Shown: positions 36,911-50,936, counted from the whole stretch's first letter. The stretch is DNA of 62,965 bases, filler included, from Neolecta irregularis DAH-3 (GCA_001929475.1; 11 parts of 11 records of this genome joined end to end with filler, not necessarily neighbours in it); one strand, 5' to 3'. Notes: a model not told the origin generated them from the sequence alone. Made by a program: numbers and translations.

Positions 36911-39495
36911 TCAGAACATCCAAAAATTATTAGCCGATATCTCATCTGACGAGTCTTCTCTGTCCATATGTTTGATTACATCCTTCTTCGTCATTAACCC
37001 CATCAACCGTCCCTTTTCTGTGAATAAGAGATATCGTAACCCCTAGAAATCAGCAGGCAGTTTCAAGTGTACTCACCAGTTTTTGAAACATCCGAACGGC
37101 AGCTTGCATACTGCTTCGCCAGGATATGGTAATTGGCGTATGGTCCATCCAGGGCGTTAGATCAAGGTATTCTGATCCCTGTGCAAATTGCACCGGGTGA
37201 AAAAACGCTGCTGTCTCCGATGGCAGAGAAGATTGATCTAGTAATTTTTGAATAAATCCGTGAACAATATATAGTACCAATAGCAAATCGAAGTTCGACA
37301 GTGTTGATCCACCCCAAAAGTATTAATTCTTGCGCATCATTTACAATAGGTATCCCATCGTATTCATTCCGTTGTAGGATGTAATCTGCTATAAATCACT
37401 CTGAGCCGTTATCTTTGCAAGCATACCTAATTGTCCGATATTCAATCCACTTGCAGGAATCGTCACGATATCTTCGACCTTGGTCATCACATCCGCAACA
37501 TGATCTCCATTCATATATTCGTCGGCTTTGAGATATGGATATTTCCTGAATTTTATCCAGGCTTCGTATATCCCTGAAGGCGAAATGATATCTCCAACCC
37601 ACTTTGAAACCATAACGGAGGCCATAATAGGCAACACAAACGTGAGAGCTCCAGTCAGCTCAAACATTATAACAACGAGTGAAACTCACTGTCAGTAAAA
37701 GCTCAATGAAGAGGGATACCTGTCATACGTGTCACTCCACCCAAAGCTCCTGCTGCGCCGACAACGGCGTATACACCAGGAGTGACACAAGGTATGTCTG
37801 GTAGGCAGCTTGAAAAAATCCAGCTACCACTGTACTTTTGCTGAATCAATCGAATTAATATTCCCAAGGCGCGCCCGTAATATGCTCCTATCGTCATGCT
37901 GGGAAGTATAATTCCGGCAGGCAATGTCGTTCCAAAGGTATAAGCTGCCAAAAGTGTTCCAAGGACAGATGTGAGCAACAAGAGGGTTATGTTGAACCCT
38001 GAAGCTAATTCTGTGCAGATAATGGAGGTGTCTGAAGGACGACATTCATGAAGAAGGGATGAGAGCACTTGGGAGGGTTGTTCCCTAACTATCAAACTAG
38101 GTTTAGGGAAGACATTTGATACCGCATAAACACATTAGGAAATCCTACAATGGCTGTAATCAAAGCCAACACGAGCACTTCTGTTTTCGGCCATTTGGAC
38201 ACTAGAGATCTCTGTCTCCAGTTTGCAATCTTCATATTCAATTTGATGAGTTGAGCGCCGAAAAAGCCCTGAGCTTTAATATAGGACATGAAAATTGTCT
38301 ACCCCTATCACTCCGAGAAGAACAAATATTGGAAATTCAAAATTGTGCCATTCTCGGTCGTAAATGACTTGGTATAGGACCAACTTTCCAGTTCGCCATG
38401 GATTCATAAACTTTTGTTAATATCGGACAACCAATGACCAAACCTGTAAACTAACGGCTCCAAGCATGGCGCAAACGAAGCTTCCCCACATTGTTTTATC
38501 TGGAAAGTAATAACTGACTTGCTCAAGGCTAAATAGTACTCCGCCAATAGGTGCACCGAAAGCCACTGACATTCCAGCAGCGCTTGCAGCCGAGAGGATC
38601 TCACGCTTCTTAATTTCGTTTTTGGAAAGTGATGGAAATAGCGACATGAAAATCGATCCGCAACAGCAGGCTACATGTACCAATGGACCTTCTTTTCCAA
38701 GCCAAAGTCCTGAAGCAACAGAGAAACACTAGAGTCAGAACCCTCGAATAGCCGTCGTACAAGTCCTGTTGCCTTGACGAGAAGAGTCATCGGTGACATG
38801 AATTTGCGGATTACACAACCGGATAGGATAGTTTTGATTTCAGGTATACCACTTTGCCGTGCAAACGGCGCAAAGGTCGAGACCAGCACTGCTGCGATGT
38901 AAACAAAGACTATCTAGCATTCAGCTCAAGTATGCAAGATACAACATACTGCGAAAAGTGAGTAGATTAGATATGCCAAAACATATGAGGTATCTTCCCA
39001 AGCATGCCAATCTGTACAAGGACCATCAAGTTCCCAACAGCAAAAGCTTCGACTTAGGTAGAATGTTGTAGAGCAATAGCCAGATTTGAGATCCGCAAGA
39101 AAGTTTGCCACAACATCTATTGATCCAGCCACTACGCCCACAGAAAGACCTATAATCGGCTACTGGATGATGAGACTCGCATACCTGTGCAAACTATGAC
39201 AATCCATTCATGGCTTGAGTCGAAAAGCAATAATATGCGCGACCGAATTCCTGGTGCGAACAATAAATTACGTTTGCGGAACCGTGATTTCGCAGTCTCA
39301 TGGATCCAGTCTCCAGTGATCAATAATTTTCGGTCGCACAGCTGATTTACCAATCGACGCAAGATCCTCGTACTCTACGCTTCTGAGCGGCGGGTCTGAG
39401 AACCAGTCTGATTTGAAAGGAATATGAGTAGTTTGACGAAAGCGATTGAAAGAGAATGGCGGGGACGATGGTGCAGAAGAAGTCTCTGACAGCAT
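36911..39495 (-). CDS. CLC chloride channel/transporter (Gef1 family); about 11 introns
   Basis: [54 protein letters not shown]-terminal CBS region. Confidence 0.94.
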
Positions 39496-39701
39496 TAACG
39501 AATATAATTCTTCCTTCCTGAGATATAATCTTATTTATATGATGGAAAGATAATTTTGCTGGTGATCAGTGCCGTGACACCGAGACATCAACGTCGCCTC
39601 TTTCTCTATCAGGAAATCGTGATCGATAAACAAGAATTGGCTATCCCTGAATCTTTAACCGATATCTACGGGCAGAAAGATTCATATAGGCCTTTTGCAT
39701 A

Positions 39702-42700
39702 ATGGCGGAAGAGGGAAATCCGAAAGATCTCGAAGAATCAGTATCAACAGATGAAGCCGATGATTCCGAAGACGAAGAGCAGAGACTCAAGTATACCCGA
39801 ATTAATGGGGATATACCAGAACTGCTTAAATTTGACGCAATCAGCGCCTGTGCAATATCAAAAAAGATTCTTGTATGTTTCGAGGAGCGATTAGTCTCAC
39901 CCCAGGTTGTCGGCACGCATAATGGAAGGGTATATGTATTTGATTTCAATGGTACACAGCTACAACGGTTCAATACACATTCAGCTGCTATATTTGACTT
40001 GTCGATTGATTCAAATGGTGCTTTTGTGGCCAGTGCTTCTATGGATGGTGATTCAATCAAGTATTGTATTATATTGATATTCAGGCAGAGTTGCCGTTCA
40101 TGAGATTGAGACAAAGGAAATCCATGCGTACGAGTATAAGAGGCCAATACGCAGCGTTGCAGTTGATCCAAATTATGGAAGACACTCTGCAAGACAATTT
40201 GTGTGTGGAGGCGCTGCAGGTCAATTAATATTGACAGAACGAGGTATTTTAAAGACGCTGAAATTGGACTGATTCTTCCAGGTTGGCTGGGAAGGAAGGA
40301 CAATGTTCTAAGTCAGGATGATGGGACTATAATGGAGATTCAATGGAGAAATGAATTTATAGCCTGGGCAGACGACATTGTACGACTTATCAGCAACTCG
40401 ACTGATTTCGCAGTCCGTCAAAGTCTGGCATACTGGCTTGTCCCAACTTATTTCCGTTATCCAACGTGAACCAAATGCCCCTCGACCCGATTTATACAAG
40501 TGTCATATAACGTGGAAGAATGATCGCGACTTTCTCATTGGTTGGGCTGGAAAGATTAGTGTGATTTCAATACAGGTTTGTGCCTTATACCAGTCTTTTT
40601 TACTGAACCTCAAGAAAGACCCCTCGAGGGTACCTATTTACTTTGAGGAAGTGAGGGCTTGGTAATTTTGTTTTTAGGAATCCTTGACTAATAAACAGCT
40701 TTGATACAGACAGCATTGTCTCCGGAATACTGCCTTTTGGAATAGACCTACTTATATTATCTTATGTGGAAGAAGATGCAGATCCTGGACACGAGCGAAG
40801 AGTAATTCATATCGAGGATGGTTCGTTTACTATTTTAGCGTGCAGAGAAGCCAGAACTTAGATTGATAAATCCGTCTCATGAAGAAGTTTCTGGAGATGC
40901 TCTTGGTTTGAACGATTACATACGCCTTCAACCAAATGATTTGCACCTATGTCGATCATATCAATCCAATGTTACTTTTGTGGTTTCGCCGACAGATATT
41001 GTTAGTGTCAAGGCTAGGGATGGGATTGATCATGTTGAATGGCTTTTGGAGCGAGAAAGGTATCAAGATGCACTTGCTGCTGTTCGTCAGATGAGATCCC
41101 CTCCTGCTCATCTATCTGTGAGGGAAGTTGGCGTAAAGTATATGGAGAGCGTTTATTCTATTGGTAAGTCGTGACGGTCTTTGGTTTACATGATAGGAAA
41201 CTACAACGAGGCAGCTAGAATAGCACCGGATGTTTTTGAGCAAGATAAAGAAATGTGGGAGAAGTGGTTTTACAAGTTTTCTGATGATGGCCATCTCGAG
41301 GTACCTTCTTTTTTATCAAAGTTGAGTATCCAGGATATCGTTTCCGTGTTACCAACCAAGGATCTTCATCTTAATCCAGCCATTTACGAACAAGTCCTGT
41401 CATATTTCCTCGAAAACAATCCAGAGAAGCTCTTGGAAACTATCAAAATCTGGCCCGATGATATCTACAACATTGATTTTCTTATTTCGCAAGTGGAAGA
41501 TTTATGGTCTGAGAGTAAAGACGACAGGGTACTTATGAACTGTCTGGCCGAATTGTATATACATGTCCTACTTTTTCTCTAATTGCCTAGAAAAATGCTA
41601 AACAATTCACCTAAAGACGCGTTACACTTTTATCTCCGTCTGCGTCGTCCCGATACATTTGATCTAATCCGCCAAAATCATCTCTTGGATTCTCTTCAAA
41701 ACGATATACTGCTTCTCATGCTCTTTGATACAGAGACAGTAGAAATCAAGGATAATATTAAACGAGGATCTACTACGAAAGCGGTAGAATTACTAGTCCA
41801 ACACGTCCATACCATCCCCGCCAAAAAAGTCGTCTCTCAAATAAAAGATTATTCTCTACTGTTACATTTGTACCTTGATGGTTTATTCGATGCGGATCCA
41901 CATTTATCTTCTCCATGGGCAGATGAACAAATTGGTCTCTACGCAGAGTATGATCGACCGAAACTCATGGATTTCCTACGAACAAGTACTTCCTACTCAC
42001 TTGAACATGTTTGTCCCCCTCTTTATTGTAACGAGTTGACGTTTAGCTAGGCCAGACAAATCTGTGATCAAAGAAATTTAATCCCTGAACTAGTGTTCAT
42101 ATACAGCCGCATGGGAAATAATAAAAAGGCATTAATGTTGATCATTGAAAAATTGCAGGATGTCCAACGAGTTTGTCCTCATCTCCTGGTCAATATTCAC
42201 TCTTCAAGGCTATTGAATTTGCTAAAATGCAAGATGACATTGACCTCTGGGAAGACTTTTTAAACTACTCGATGGATAAACCACGTACCCGTCCTTACCT
42301 GCGCATCTCACGGGCAGCTTTTATCCGCGGGTTACTAGAAAATACAAATCAATCCATGGATCCGATAAAATTGATTAAACGTATTCCCAAAGGTTTAGAA
42401 ATCCAAGGATTGAAAAGTTCGCTGGTCAAGATATTACATGATTTCGAACTTGAAGTTTCTCTTTCAGTCGGTTGTGCAAATGTCCTTGAAGAAGAAATTA
42501 AATTACAAACGAGAGAACTGAGTATTTTTCAAAAGAAAGGAATGGCTATATCACGTATCTCGAATTCATAGAAATGCTAATTTTTAGTCGAGGCGGTTTG
42601 TGGGAAATGTGATCTGAATGTACTTGACCAAGGTGACAAAACTAGCAATTTCAAAGATAACAAAGGTATAGGAGAGGGCGAAATCATTGGATTTTTCTGT

Positions 42701-42907
42701 AAACATGTTTACCATCGTTCATGTCTTTTGGAGGAAAATGATGATACGGTTCAATTTAATGTAGCCAATTTTCACGCAACGAGTATTATGGCGCCGATCG
42801 GTGTAGCTGATAAAATCACGCGAGCAGCTATAATCAAAAATCAACTGACGAATGGTTGTCCGAATTGTTTACGAGATACACACAATACTTTTTCACTACG
42901 GCGTTGA
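39702..42907 (+). CDS. VPS41: HOPS subunit Vps41; about 14 introns
   Basis: LKYTRI, VGTHNG, PRPDLYKC, DHVEWLLE, LYAEYDRPKLMDFLRTSTSYSLE, LWEDFLNYSMDKP, C-terminal RING-H2-like Cys/His. Confidence 0.92.
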
Positions 42908-43295
42908 CAGTGGGCGGGAAATTTTTTCCTTTTCTTCTTATAGTTTTACCTAATGCGAAATTGATTACACAGAAAAGAGCAATGAATGAATGTATGAATG
43001 ATGGTTTTTCAAGGAGTTCTCAAAACCGAAAAGAGATTTCAATGTCAAATGGAGAAAGGGATGAACTACATCACCAAGTCCAAGAGCAAATGAAGAAAAA
43101 TAAAGAAAGATATAAAAAGGCAGAAAAGAAAAAGAAAAAAAGTTTAAAGACCACAAAATTCCAAATAATAGGTCCCCCACCGCGTTGCTTCCACCCAAGA
43201 AAGAAATATGATGTGTTATTTTCCGTAATGTGGGATTTCTGCATAACATAGAAACGAATGGGAGAAAAAAAATAAACTTGCAAGAGAAGAGATGA

Positions 43296-44068
<773 letters not shown>

Positions 44069-44291
44069 TTATTTGAAAAAGGTAACTTGACCTAACCCCG
44101 CTATCAGTTATCCGAAATATAAAGAGGGAGAATGGGTGGAGCGATTGGTCGACGGTGGGGGGAAATAGGAACAAGTACAAAGATGCAAGGAATATTCAGG
44201 GACCGAGATTTGATCTTTAAGGAAAAGAATAGTAGAACGACGTACCCGTGTCTATGAGAGGGTTGAAAGAGAAATAGCAAGCGAGAAGAGG

Positions 44292-44308
44292 TGAGGGTTA
44301 GGGTTAGG
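44292..44308. promoter_or_regulatory. Interstitial telomere-like TTAGGG tract about 225 bp upstream of CDC42 (duplicated across the adjacent gap)
   Basis: TGAGGGTTAGGGTTAGG; a regulatory role is inferred only. Confidence 0.35.
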
Positions 44309-44599
44309 AGATAGACGATGTGTCNNNNNNNNNNAGGGTTGAAAGAGAAATAGCAAGCGAGAAGAGGTGAGGGTTAGGGTTAGGAGATAGACGATGTGTC
44401 TGCCTTTTGGCTGCGATGATAAGCGGGGTCGGTTGGATACTGTGAACGCGTAGGAAATAAAGGAGTTGGGAGGTTGGGCTGGGACAGGAGAAGAGTTTTG
44501 GTGGTGGGTTGAGAATGGCGAGCCCAGCATCGCCCCAAGAAAAAAGGAACGATTTTGTTCATTTCCACTGTTTCAGCAGATTTCAATATAGTTACAAAA

Positions 44600-47245
44600 T
44601 CAATATTCAAAGTCATCATCTACACTAGGTCCATTGGCTAGGCTGCCTTTCTGAACCTGCTGTCTAAACATATCCGCAATCTACGTACGTGGTCAATGCG
44701 TTTCACGGTGGCAGGTATACCTGGGAACTAGTAGTAGCCTGCTCGGGCCCCTTATCCTCTCTAGTCCGAATATACCGCGGAAACCGCAACGAAATGCCCT
44801 TGTTCTCGTCGACTAATCCAATGCCAGCTTTGTACACGGGTGACAAACTCAGATCGGCACTCAATACTTCCCAAACGAGTTTATGAGCAGTCACGTCAAA
44901 CCAGACGTCGGGTTTATTCAGGCCGTCAGTAGGATGAGAATAGTAGCTTTTCGGATGAGATATTACATGCTGGGAGAGTTTTGTATAGAGTGTCTCGAGA
45001 TCTGATTCGGTGAATCCTGTTCCTATTTTACATATGGATTGATATTCTTCGCGATCGGGGTCAAAACAACCTAATAGGAAAGCACCGTACATCGAGGTAC
45101 GTTTTCCTCTTCCAAAGAAGGCGCCAAGGACGACAAGGTCTAGAGAATCGCCAATCCCTGCTAAATAGTCTTTTTTCAACTAGACTGTTGGAAAATGAAG
45201 GAGCAGACATACTTTAAGCCAATTTGAGGAACGGCGAGAGGGTTCATAGTATGATGCTTCGCCCTGCAACATTTTCACCAAGAGTCCTTCACATTTATCT
45301 TGAACGCTCTTGTCCAAAAATGTCTGAATTTCATCAATCGTGGTGCAATCTGCAAACCGAGCAAACTCGAAAACGCCCTGGACTGGAATAAAGGCATCAA
45401 ACATTTTCTCACGGCGGTATTCAAGGGGTCGCTGTAGCAATGACTAGCTAGTTATAGTTTGTAAAACAGGGAAATACCTCTCCATTGAGATACAGCAGGT
45501 CAAAGGCGAAGAGACAGACTTTGACTTTGACGTCTTCCAATTTGACGTCTTTTCGTTTTCGAGTACTTAGGACTTGAAACGGGAGTAGTTGTTTATTTTC
45601 GACGTCCCAGGCTACACATTCACAATCGAGGACAAAGCTTGTGGTGGAATCTTTAGTAAAAGAGGCTAGATTGTTGATGATGTCTGGGTACTTGTTGCTC
45701 GTATTTTCCGAATTACGACTGTATATTTTGGCGTCTCCGGAGGGGAGGAGGTGGACTTGGGCTCTTTCGCCGTCGTATTTATATTCACATGTGAATTTCT
45801 GGGATTCGAAGCGGTCTAGGACTTGGCTTATAGCCTTTGTGGGTCTTGCGAGCATTGGTTTAAGGGGGATGCCTTGCGGTTGGATGGATATGAGAAGCAA
45901 GGTACCTGGGGTGAGTTTACAAGTTTCTTGGAGCTTTTCTATGCCGTTGGTTAAAAGCTGTTCAACGACGATATCGTAGGAGGGCAATTCGCTGAGTGTG
46001 AGTGATGACTGGGAAAAGGATACTTGTAGACGCTTTTGATGATGCGTTCTGCTTTGCTGATGCGTTCTGCTTTGTTGTGTTCTGTTTTGATGTGTTCTGT
46101 TTTGTTGTGTTCTGCTTTGCTGATGTCTGTTGGGGTTGAGGCGACAGCCGCTTGGGCGAGGGCGGAGAGGACTGTTTTCTCTGCGAGATGGATTCGAAGT
46201 TTCCCTTCGAGGGAGCGAATGAGGTATTTTGCTTCTTGGCCTTTGCATGAAGAGAGTAATTTTTTGATGATTGCGACTTTTCTTGTTTGGCTCTAGAGTA
46301 AGCAGGGGTAAAAGGACGAGGTACGGAGTGTCCGGTGGCAGTTGCTATTTCTTTCAAGTCGTTGAGAACGGTTTGGACGGTGAGGGATTTTGGGGTTGAG
46401 AGTGTAGGCTGGTTCATTCTTGAATCCTGCAAGTTAGGAGAGAGGGAGAAGAGGTACCTTTGCGATGATTCCGAGGTCTCCAATTTTTGCATAGTCTGAT
46501 TTTACCTGGGGTGAGTGGGATTACAAAGTGTGATACCTGGGGGTGAGAGGGATTGCAAAGTGTGGTACCTGAGGGACTGAGCGGCCAGTGCTTCCGCTGA
46601 TAGCCTTGATCAAGAGGGATTCGCCTATTCCGAGTTCGACGCCCTGGTAAGCAGGGGCTAGGCGGTTTATAGTGAGGTATATGCAGGAGGTGAGATCATT
46701 TGGGGTGAGGGCGATGACAGCAGTGAAGAATTTTGAGCAGTAGGAAGTGATTTCTAGACGTTTTGTGGTTGATTCAGCGAGGGCAAACATTTCGCAGAGG
46801 GCGGAGTAGGGGACTGGGGAGTTTTGTGGCCATATGACAGATTTTGGGGTAGTATTGTCTGGAGGATTGTCTGGGATATCATGGCACGAGGGGATATTTG
46901 GATCCTGGGGTAAAGTGTTTGACAGAGAATCCGAATCTGAAGCAATCTTTTTCGACATTTTCGTCTTTTTCGTCTTTCTCGGCTGTTCAAGAGAATCCGA
47001 GTCGGTAATCTTTCTCGACTTTTTCTTTCTCGGCTCATCAGAATCCGAGTCAGTAATCTTTCTCTTTCTCGGCTCATCAGAGTCGGCAATCTTTTTCGAC
47101 TCTTGAGAATCCGAGTCAGTAATCTTTCTCTTTCTCGTCTTTCTCGGCTCATCAGAGTCGGCAATCTTTTTCGACTCTTGAGAATCCGAGTCAGTAATCT
47201 TTCTCTTTCTCGGCTCATCCGAGTCAGTAATCTTTCTCTTTCTCG
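44600..47245 (-). CDS. CDC9: DNA ligase I, 5' truncated; N-terminal and internal tandem peptide repeats
   Basis: [18 protein letters not shown] adenylation motif, [39 protein letters not shown]. Confidence 0.95.
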
Positions 47246-47951
47246 NNNNNNNNNNNNNNNNNNNNNNNNNNNNNNNNNNNNNNNNNNNNTTAATTAATTA
47301 ANNNNNNNNNNNNNNNNNNNNNNNNNNNNNNNNNNNNNNNNNNNNAAACCAAAAGTTAACAATACAGATAAGGTTAAGAGAGTAAATAACTTGCAGATAG
47401 AGATAATTGATAGTTGATTAAAAGTATTGAAGTGTTGAAAACAAAGAATCCACACCACTACTGTTATTCCTTAATTCATTCCAGTCAAGAATCATTGTTG
47501 CATAATCTGTACCCACCAAGATGCATTCCAGCACAGTTCCTCAATCAAGTAAGGAAACTTAACATGCATTTCGGTTAAGTATCGTAATCCATTATAGTAG
47601 TCGAGGTTTCCTCTTGGTGTCTCCTGTCGCTGTTCATAGCTCATACCTATCCTGTCGAAGAAACTCAACAATAGCCATGCTCAGGATACTTTGTGTCGAT
47701 GTTTCAATGTATTCCACCAGCTTTCATAATCTTCCTTAATGCCCAGCTGATAGAGTAGGTCATTTAGCTGTTAAAAGAAGTAATTACGAATTTTGCTTAT
47801 GATTCTCACTAGTCCTTCTCCCCAATCCCTATGGTCACGAGACGCCACATCAATCCAGGTCTCTCTCATAAGTTCTTGAGTACCATTTACTTTGTCCAAT
47901 ACATAAGATGAGGCCTGTGATGAACATGAGGTAGTATCCGAACTTTCCTCA

Positions 47952-48043
47952 CTACACCGTATTTGAGTTTAGCTGATGATAATCAATGCATAACCTTAGT
48001 TCTCCTGTTTTCTTTCTTACAAAAAGGACTACTGCTCCATGGG
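47952..48043 (-). mobile_element. Degenerate Ty3/Gypsy reverse-transcriptase fragment
   Basis: HGAVVLFVRKKTGELRLCIDYHQLNSNTV* matches the SP.GAPVLFV.KK.G.LRLCVDYR.LN motif; stops follow. Confidence 0.75.
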
Positions 48044-48449
48044 CAGATTGTAAAACACCAGCTATGTCTGGGCTTATATTATCCTTAGGTATGTCTAAGG
48101 GAACCCAGTACTAGCTTAACTATGCTAGCTACTCTGGTATTAGTACTATATATAGTACTAGCAAGTGATCACTAAAAGGTGGTCAGTTGCACTGTTTATC
48201 AGTCTATTATATTATACCTAAGAGGTGGTCAGTTGCACTTTTTATCAGTAGCAACTGAGTTACTCCTCTAAGCTATTTATACCAGTATAATATGATTACA
48301 TAATAGTGGCTTGATCATATCAAGCCACATCAGCCTAACCTCCACTATCNNNNNNNNNNNNNNNNNNNNNNNNNNNNNNNNNNNNNNNNNNNNTTAATTA
48401 ATTAANNNNNNNNNNNNNNNNNNNNNNNNNNNNNNNNNNNNNNNNNNNN

Positions 48450-49560
48450 GGATAACTGGATATACGCCATCATTCTATGATTAGAAGGATGAGAATGGAC
48501 ATACTTGAGGGGATAGTTATTTGTATCTCAGGAGGAGAGATAGTATTTTAATGTATGAAGGAATACCGTTGTCAAAACATCTTTTTCGGATGCTGTTGGA
48601 ATATTTTGAAAGCAATTTATTCTGTTGTCGAGATTGGTTGTAATATCGGCTATATGATCGAGTAGGAAAACAGCCAAATCAGGACCGGATATTTTGATCA
48701 ATTGTACGAATATGGAAGAAATTGATTGGGACAGAATTGATTGAGGATAGATACTATAGGGGAAAGGGATTGGAGTGAACAGAGCGATTGATAAGGCGGG
48801 ACGGGCGAAATTTGAAATATTCTGGAGGATGAATAGATTGTGGGATAAAAGGGGATTTTCCGATTGATAGAGATTTTGGGATATAAGGGATTTTCCGATT
48901 GATAGAGATTTTGGGATATAAGGGATTTTCCGATTGATAGAGATTCTGGGATAAAACGGGATTTTCGGATAAACCGATATTTGCGATATTTGGGAGATGT
49001 CTGAAAACGGGATTCAAGATATTCAGATTCTGGAAAGGCAATTGCAAGATAACAGAGTGGACCGCGTGTGAGGATTTTGTGAATAAATGAGAAATAGCAT
49101 AAACGGCGGCTTGTAAGAGTATTTATGGATTGTTGGATGAGAGTATGGACAAGAGTTGTGCAAGGATGTTTTTGTAAAAGTCCTGGGGTCAGAAAGAAAA
49201 GGAGGATATACATTAGAAGCTTGGAGGGGTAGTGAGGAGTTTGGTAGTAGCGTCCAGACTGCGAGTGGTATGTAGAGGGTCTGGATGAGGGTATTGTGTG
49301 TGAGAAAAAAAGAAAGAGTGGCAAGGACGCAGAGAGCGGAGAGTCGTTGGGCGAGCACAGCCACTGGGGCGGGTGGTTGAGGAGCAGGGAGAGAAAGGAG
49401 CGGAGGACGGCGGGGCGTCGTGGCTGCCGGGGCGCAACAGAAGGCAGGTCCAGCGCGAGCAGCGAGTCGAGGGCGTGGCGTCAGTGCGGGTGCGGGGGAT
49501 GGAAGGCGAGGCGCAGCAGGGCGGTGATGAGGAGCAAAAGGTGGGTCTTGGAGCGAAAGG
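48450..49560 (-). pseudogene. Probable disrupted intron-containing gene of unknown family
   Basis: Coding-like C-rich 5' part with an in-frame TGA, intron-like segments near 48480-48570, interrupted by a 35-nt repeat; no family recognised. Confidence 0.3.
48841..48968. repeat. 35-bp tandem repeat (GGGATTTTCCGATTGATAGAGATTTTGGGATATAA x ~3.5)
   Basis: Units start at 48852, 48887, 48922; no spacers. Confidence 0.9.
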
Positions 49561-49966
49561 TTAATCACTATCCACAGAAAGCAAAGGGGAATGGGGTATT
49601 CTAGTACAATCATTCATTGATTGATGATAATAATAATATATAGGACAAACCGCTACCAAGTACCCGCTGAGCACAACATCCTTCTCCAATCAGAAGCAAG
49701 CAGATAAAAGAGGAAATTAAGCGGGGGCCAACATAGGAGACAGAATTTGCAATACAGGTAGATGAGAATAGCAGGTAATGAGGATAGTTCACTTTGATAA
49801 TAATAGATATTGAGGGGAGACCCTAAGCAGGATCTCTTTAGTAAATATGGCGAATATGAACTTTAATACGACAAGGTGATTTTTCTGTTTCTTCCCTCAC
49901 TCAGTCATCAATCTCGACATTGCTAGTAGACCTACTTTGTAAGTAAAATCCTTTCAACATCTGATT

Positions 49967-50425
49967 TCACTTTGGAAGCCATTGAACGGTAAGGGTTACT
50001 TGTTTACAATTAGGGGGAGGTGCATTCTTTTCAATGTTGATTCCACACTCATGAAATTGATACACTGGGTCCTTGTTAGGGGCCGGAATAAATCCCAGTT
50101 GTTTATTCGAATCAATAGCGAAATAAGCGGTGGACTTGGTGTCTCTGCTCTTGAAAATGTAAGTGTCGCCCGACAAAACCGCTACGTCATCATCTTCGTG
50201 ATCACCCCGGTGACTGAGGTGCAATTGGTGGTAATGGTCGACGTAGAAATTTAGACATGAACCCCTGGAAAGCTGAAAAGTACTCTTGACAGCACTCGCG
50301 CAATAAGTGGGGTCACCCTGTTGTGCACCCTCTATGGCAGCGCTTATCTTAAAGTAGGTGTGTGTATCTGCAGCGGATAGAGTGATATGGGACAGGAAGT
50401 ATAACAGAAGACCGAGAAACTTCAT
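49967..50425 (-). CDS. Small secreted protein, 152 aa, 4 Cys, intronless
   Basis: Signal peptide MKFLGLLLYFLSHITLSAA; open frame. Confidence 0.8.
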   Translation of the reverse strand: MKFLGLLLYFLSHITLSAADTHTYFKISAAIEGAQQGDPTYCASAVKSTFQLSRGSCLNFYVDHYHQLHLSHRGDHEDDDVAVLSGDTYIFKSRDTKSTAYFAIDSNKQLGFIPAPNKDPVYQFHECGINIEKNAPPPNCKQVTLTVQWLPK

Positions 50426-50936
50426 TGCGAATGTGAATTGAGATGTTCGGTATGGGAGAGATGATATGAATATTGCGGGCATTTGATTTGATTAAATAGA
50501 AAACTGCAGACCAATCAAAATACGATAAAACAATGGCACGAAAAATCCTGCTTGATGGAAGTACTTTAGGAAACTACCAGGGCAAATAAACAACTACTTG
50601 TGGCGGGGAAAGCACAACATGGCCCCTTATAGTCAACTGTCGCTCATTCAAAACCTGCTTGAAGTGTCAACAGCGATTAATATCCTCGCTAGCTCGTTTT
50701 TACGTCGACCATGATGGCCCCAGCACATTACAGGACCTTCTCATACTTCGCCTAGTCCAATATCGCTTTGCCCCTCCCACCGCCATCTCCTGCCGCCCGA
50801 GCTGTACTGCGCGCGGCCGCATAGCTCCCCCGCTCCCGCAGCGCCGCGACCTTGATCATCACCATTCTTAATCTCAATACTACAAAATCAGGATAAACAA
50901 ATGTTGTCTCCATTCTCAACCTCAACACTCTCAGAG

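Noticed and set aside
48841-48968. 35-bp repeats, also 31-bp at 61487 and 24-bp at 62899, as CRISPR-like arrays
   Set aside because: Head-to-tail with no unique spacers, eukaryotic context, no cas genes
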